DNA of 51,699 nucleotides from a virus (Duplodnaviria; Caudoviricetes): IMG/VR virus record IMGVR_UViG_3300031182_000053, positions 1 to 51,699 of that record; one strand, 5' to 3'. Shown piece by piece: positions 47,914 to 51,699 of this stretch (position 1 is its first letter; each line of letters starts with the position of its first letter). The notes under the pieces were generated by a model. It saw only the letters and a program-made list of their open reading frames with translations, ran no database searches and was not told where the DNA came from. The position numbers and the translations under genes were made by a program.

Positions 47914-48060
47914 GTGATCATCTTTTTATCCATTATCGCCGGCGTGTCGTTTCTTGGAACCATAGCTGAGGGAGACCGAAATAAATCATTCGCTCAGAAT
48001 CTGGCCATGATATGCTGCGCGGCGATCGTAGCAATCGCAATTATCGTGATGAATCGATAG
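47914..48060 (+). CDS. Small two-TM membrane protein
   Basis: Two hydrophobic stretches; RBS GGAGG. Confidence 0.5.
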   Translation: MIIFLSIIAGVSFLGTIAEGDRNKSFAQNLAMICCAAIVAIAIIVMNR

Positions 48061-48076
48061 AAAGGAGAATTGAGCT

Positions 48077-48700
48077 ATGAGTTGGTTGAGAATAAACATC
48101 CAAACAGAGGCAGGTAGTGGGGAGTTGGAAATTGATTCTGCTACTCCGGAAAATAAACAGCATATCATCGAGGGATTTATGCAGGTGTTTGGTGTTAAGC
48201 CGAACACTTCCAAGCCGCCCATTCCACAGAGTACTGAGTCACCGCCCGTTAAAAAGGCACCTGCCTCCAAGGCTCCGGAGTTGCCGCTTGCTGAGAAGAA
48301 GAAAATCGACGTTCCGGTGGCTGAAAATCCAGAGCCGAAAGCCAATCTTCAAATAGTTAAGCCGCCGTTGATTGGCTCGAGCAGGACGTTAGAAACGCCT
48401 ATTGGTGAATTGGTTAGCAAGTCATTAAAGGCGGAACATCAGCCCACTGATTCGGTGCCAGACCACTACAAGACGGGGATTAAGTACAAGGAAGGTGTCC
48501 CCCATTACCGCTGCCGGTACTGGTGTAAGAATCCAGACTGCAAACACAAAGGAAACCATTACATTACCGAGGATGAAACGAAAGTTTCTTGTCACGAATG
48601 CGGTGAGGAGCTAAAGGTCCGTCCTGCAGCCGAAGGTAAATTGCAAAGAGATGACTGGGGAAACTTCTTCATTGCTGACGAGCCGGTCCAATCCAACTGA
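48077..48700 (+). CDS. Hypothetical protein with C-terminal zinc ribbon
   Basis: YWCKNPDC...CHECG. Confidence 0.75.
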   Translation: MSWLRINIQTEAGSGELEIDSATPENKQHIIEGFMQVFGVKPNTSKPPIPQSTESPPVKKAPASKAPELPLAEKKKIDVPVAENPEPKANLQIVKPPLIGSSRTLETPIGELVSKSLKAEHQPTDSVPDHYKTGIKYKEGVPHYRCRYWCKNPDCKHKGNHYITEDETKVSCHECGEELKVRPAAEGKLQRDDWGNFFIADEPVQSN

Positions 48701-48738
48701 AATTATTCAATAAACCATTTCCGAGAGGTGAAATTAAA

Positions 48739-49221
48739 ATGTCTATCACAATCAAAGCATGCTTTAACAAACAAACGAAGGATTCAAAAAAGGAGCAAGT
48801 GCAATTTTACGTTAAGGGTGACGATGAACATAAGCCAGAGCTTACCGAGATGACACGATCTGTGGTCATTCTGAGCATCGAGGGGGTTGAGCAGCAGCTT
48901 ACTGCTGAGTTCAAGAAATCCTCAAAAGATGCCAAAAAGACAGTTCTCGACTTCGAGGTAAAGGGAGATTCGTCTGCTGAGAAATCATTCGAATTTTACA
49001 AAAAGGCTGGTCATGATGTCGTGCTGACGATCACCGAATCGGATGAAACGCTGGAAGAGTTTGAAGAACATCAGAAGAAGTATCGCGAGGGTTTGAGAGG
49101 GAAAATCAACCCGGACGGAACGGTTGAGGTGGATGATCCTAACCAGGCAAAACTTGATTTCGGCGAAGAAGATGACCCTATGGCTGGAGTTGATTCCGAA
49201 TCGGATGTTTTGCCGTATTGA
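48739..49221 (+). CDS. Hypothetical protein with acidic C-terminal tail
   Basis: RBS GAGGTG; ends ESDVLPY. Confidence 0.75.
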   Translation: MSITIKACFNKQTKDSKKEQVQFYVKGDDEHKPELTEMTRSVVILSIEGVEQQLTAEFKKSSKDAKKTVLDFEVKGDSSAEKSFEFYKKAGHDVVLTITESDETLEEFEEHQKKYREGLRGKINPDGTVEVDDPNQAKLDFGEEDDPMAGVDSESDVLPY

Positions 49222-49273
49222 TTGCCCGCCCCGGCTTCGGCCGGGGTATCCCCTACGATGGAGGTGAGCGCGT

Positions 49274-49741
49274 TTGGAGCAATTAAGCTTTCTCCCGGAA
49301 ATCGATCGAAGCAAGACGCAGGAGGCCGTGGAGCGCGCGCTGGAACAATACAGATATTATAAATTTCTCACGGAAGATGAGGAGGAGCGGGAGGCGAGCA
49401 CGACGGCAAGCTACAGCTTATCTCCCCGGGGTTACACAGGTACTACCAGCGACCAGACAGGGGATATCGCTGTCCACAACGTAGATAAGCAGATTCAACG
49501 GAGAAAGTATTGCGAGCGGATAGAGAGGGTCGTCCGCCGGATGCCCCGGATGGAACGGTTTCTGATCGAGGAACGATATTTGACCAAGGAACACGACTAC
49601 ATCACCGATCAGCACGTGTACAATTTTGTGTTCCAGCCGCCGATCAGCTCCGGAAAGTATGACAAGATTCGCTGGAAAGCCTTCTTCAAGTTAGCCTCCA
49701 ATCTGGATTTGATAGTGGAGAAAACGGGGAACGAGAAATGA
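49274..49741 (+). CDS. ArpU/RinA-family late transcription activator
   Basis: MEQLSFLPEID..., TTASY, ERFLIEERY, KAFFKLA. Confidence 0.88.
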   Translation: MEQLSFLPEIDRSKTQEAVERALEQYRYYKFLTEDEEEREASTTASYSLSPRGYTGTTSDQTGDIAVHNVDKQIQRRKYCERIERVVRRMPRMERFLIEERYLTKEHDYITDQHVYNFVFQPPISSGKYDKIRWKAFFKLASNLDLIVEKTGNEK

Positions 49742-49778
49742 GAAGGGGCAAGTTAACCAAGCCCCTTCTCATACCCTA
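49738..49778 (+). promoter_or_regulatory. 12-bp perfect inverted repeat overlapping a sigmaK/sigmaE-type -10
   Basis: ATGAGAAGGGGC/GCCCCTTCTCAT; CATACCCTA at 49770-49778. The -35 match is weak. Confidence 0.45.
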
Positions 49779-49796
49779 ATAGTGGGTGATGCAAAC

Positions 49797-49994
49797 ATGG
49801 GGAAAAGCAAAAAATCCTTCACGATTAGGTATCACAAGGTGTGTGATCAGGAAAAATCAGATGAAATCATTCGAGCCTTTGCCAAAAGAGCGATCATGAA
49901 AGCACTAGAAAATAACGGGGCTGTAGCGTACAATGTGGATGATGTTTTGCATAAATACATTTCGGGGGAAATGCGTAATGGTCATGAAAGATGA
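49797..49994 (+). CDS. Candidate recombination directionality factor (65 aa)
   Basis: Small basic ORF overlapping the integrase start; function inferred from position only. Confidence 0.55.
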   Translation: MGKSKKSFTIRYHKVCDQEKSDEIIRAFAKRAIMKALENNGAVAYNVDDVLHKYISGEMRNGHER

Positions 49995-51546
49995 TAGAGC
50001 ATATGTCCGTGTATCCACGTTAAAAGATTCGCAGAAGGATAGCCCAGAGCACCAAGAAGCTTTCATTCGTGAGCGTGCAAGCCGGGAGAATATAACAATT
50101 TCAAAAGTGTACGAAGATCGAGACACAGCGACAAGCATTGTGGCTCGGGAAGATGTACAGAAAATGATAGCTGATGCGAAAAGAGGCGAAATCAGATCAA
50201 TCTGGTTCGCCTCTCTCTCGCGTTTTAGCCGGGATGCTCTGGATGCCATCTCGCTTAAACGGATTCTTGTCAATGCTTTGAAAATCAGAGTTGTGTCCAT
50301 TGAGGACGGCTACGATTCGGCCGTGAAGGACGACGAGCTGCTGTTTGGGATCAAGTCAGTTGTCAACCAAAATACAAGTGGCGATATTAGCCAATCGTCG
50401 CGAAGAGGAATCCGGCAATCAGCGGCCAAGGGGAATTACATAGGATCTATTCCTCCTTACGGGTATCGAAAAGTGGTTGTGGATGGGAGGAAGACGCTGG
50501 AGGTCATTCCGGAGCAGGCTGAGATCGTAAAGAAGATATTTGAGCTTTATCTCAATGGGAATGGCGAGAAGAACATCGTAAATTACCTAAACGGAGACAA
50601 CGAGAAGAACACTCCAATCCCGTCATATCGTGGCGGTGTCTGGGGATTAACTTCAGTACAACGTATTCTCCAAAACGAGAATTACACCGGATACACTGTC
50701 TATGGTCGTCATACAACGGAGGTTTCATACAATGACTTGTCGGACCTTATGGACAGAGGTAAAAAACTCGTGATGAAACCAAAATCCGAATGGCAAAAGA
50801 CCCCTTTCCAAACTCACGAGGCAATCATCTCAAAAGAGGTATTTGATCGCGCCCAGGAGATTCGCCTGCTTAGAGGAGGAGGGACGCGCGGTGGGAGAAG
50901 ATCCTTTGTTAATGTTTTTTCAAAATTCATCTTCTGCGCAGAGTGCGGTACGGCCATGGTTTCGATGGGATCCAAAACCAAAAATAAGAACGGTAAAGAC
51001 TACCGGTACCTAATGTGCTCGCGGAGACGTAGAACAGGCGAGATTGGATGCTCCAACGGTAAGTGGCTCCCGTATTACGAATTTCGGGACGAGCTGATTA
51101 AGGACATTTTGGAAAGGGTCCGGGAATCAATCCGAATGTTGGAGGAAGAGGGGGCCTCTGAAATCAATTCGCAGTTGCCTGAAAGCAACACGGAGAAGGA
51201 CAAGCGAAAACTCGAAAAACGGATTGAGGAAAACCGGAAGCTCTTGTTTGAGGTACGGCGCCAACATATGTTGGGCGAAATTGACGATGCTCAATATGAG
51301 TTCGAAAAGAGCCAATATGAAAAAGATATCTCGGATTCGGAGCATCGTTTGGCTATCATTGAGGCGAACGAACGCAGGAGCCTCGATCGTGAGAAAGTCA
51401 TTCGAGAAGCAAAGCAGAATCTTAAAGAGCTGACTGAAATGAAAACATACGATGACGTTGAGAAAACACGCATGTTGCTTATGCAAATGGTCAAGAGAAT
51501 CGAAGTTAATAAGGATGGAGAGGTAGACGTCCAGACATACGTTTAA
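49978..51546 (+). CDS. Large serine recombinase (integrase)
   Basis: YVRVST catalytic Ser, SLSRFSR, PPYGY, HEAII, CAECG...C...C zinc ribbon, coiled coil; abuts the att site. Confidence 0.96.
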   Translation: MVMKDDRAYVRVSTLKDSQKDSPEHQEAFIRERASRENITISKVYEDRDTATSIVAREDVQKMIADAKRGEIRSIWFASLSRFSRDALDAISLKRILVNALKIRVVSIEDGYDSAVKDDELLFGIKSVVNQNTSGDISQSSRRGIRQSAAKGNYIGSIPPYGYRKVVVDGRKTLEVIPEQAEIVKKIFELYLNGNGEKNIVNYLNGDNEKNTPIPSYRGGVWGLTSVQRILQNENYTGYTVYGRHTTEVSYNDLSDLMDRGKKLVMKPKSEWQKTPFQTHEAIISKEVFDRAQEIRLLRGGGTRGGRRSFVNVFSKFIFCAECGTAMVSMGSKTKNKNGKDYRYLMCSRRRRTGEIGCSNGKWLPYYEFRDELIKDILERVRESIRMLEEEGASEINSQLPESNTEKDKRKLEKRIEENRKLLFEVRRQHMLGEIDDAQYEFEKSQYEKDISDSEHRLAIIEANERRSLDREKVIREAKQNLKELTEMKTYDDVEKTRMLLMQMVKRIEVNKDGEVDVQTYV

Positions 51547-51550
51547 TTAT

Positions 51551-51581
51551 GTGTGCTTGAAAACACATCACGAACGTCATG
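51551..51581 (+). repeat. Right att junction: phage arm plus core AACGTCATG
   Basis: GTGTGCTTGAAAACACATCACG-AACGTCATG. Confidence 0.92.
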
Positions 51582-51653
51582 CAAAAGTTGAATGTCAAAG
51601 GTCGCGCGCAGGCGGTTGTCGAGCTGATCAAGCTTGGGGAGCTGAAAATCTGA
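51573..51653 (+). pseudogene. gerE: gerE 3' portion
   Basis: NVMQKLNVKGRAQAVVELIKLGELKI*, matching the GerE C-terminus; joins the 5' part in frame through the core. Confidence 0.95.
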
Positions 51654-51699
51654 CGGTGAACTACGTGTTCGTAGAAAGCCGCAAGCCTTCTTTTTCACC

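Larger units (their letters stand above)
119..51581. mobile_element. Complete temperate prophage (lambda-like head, contractile tail) integrated in gerE
   Basis: Packaging, head, tail, lysis, switch, replication and integrase modules are all present, bounded by the direct repeat AACGTCATG and the two halves of gerE. Confidence 0.95.

Noticed and set aside
49933-49977. Track start of the integrase
   Set aside because: The catalytic YVRVS normally lies near the N-terminus, and the SD GGGGG fits ATG 49978.

Overview
The window is almost entirely one ~51.45 kb, apparently intact temperate prophage inserted into the sporulation regulator gene gerE. The host is a spore-forming Firmicute; the GerE sequence and phage gene content suggest Paenibacillaceae (inference). 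The 5' part of gerE is at 2-127 and the 3' part at 51573-51653. The ends share a 9-bp repeat, AACGTCATG, and reconstitute a symmetric serine-integrase attP. Gene order: late leader and accessory region, lambda-like cos/terminase/head, P2/Mu-like contractile tail, lysis, accessory region (FRG protein, ATP-dependent ligase, HTH-controlled small-gene cassette, Ltp-like exclusion protein), CI/Cro switch, recombination and replication (RecT, initiator with iterons, DnaB, DnaN, RuvC-like), a C5 methyltransferase with six internal repeats, dUTPase, ArpU, a candidate RDF and a large serine recombinase. Most interesting: (1) probable sporulation-timed excision that rebuilds gerE; (2) an acr-aca-like cassette with two duplicated triple-operator promoters; (3) an unannotated AUC-start ORF behind a LexA box that may be the antirepressor; (4) a multi-TRD methyltransferase; (5) a structured late-leader RNA and a hidden type I toxin-like peptide. 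All calls come from motif recognition by eye; no searches were run.
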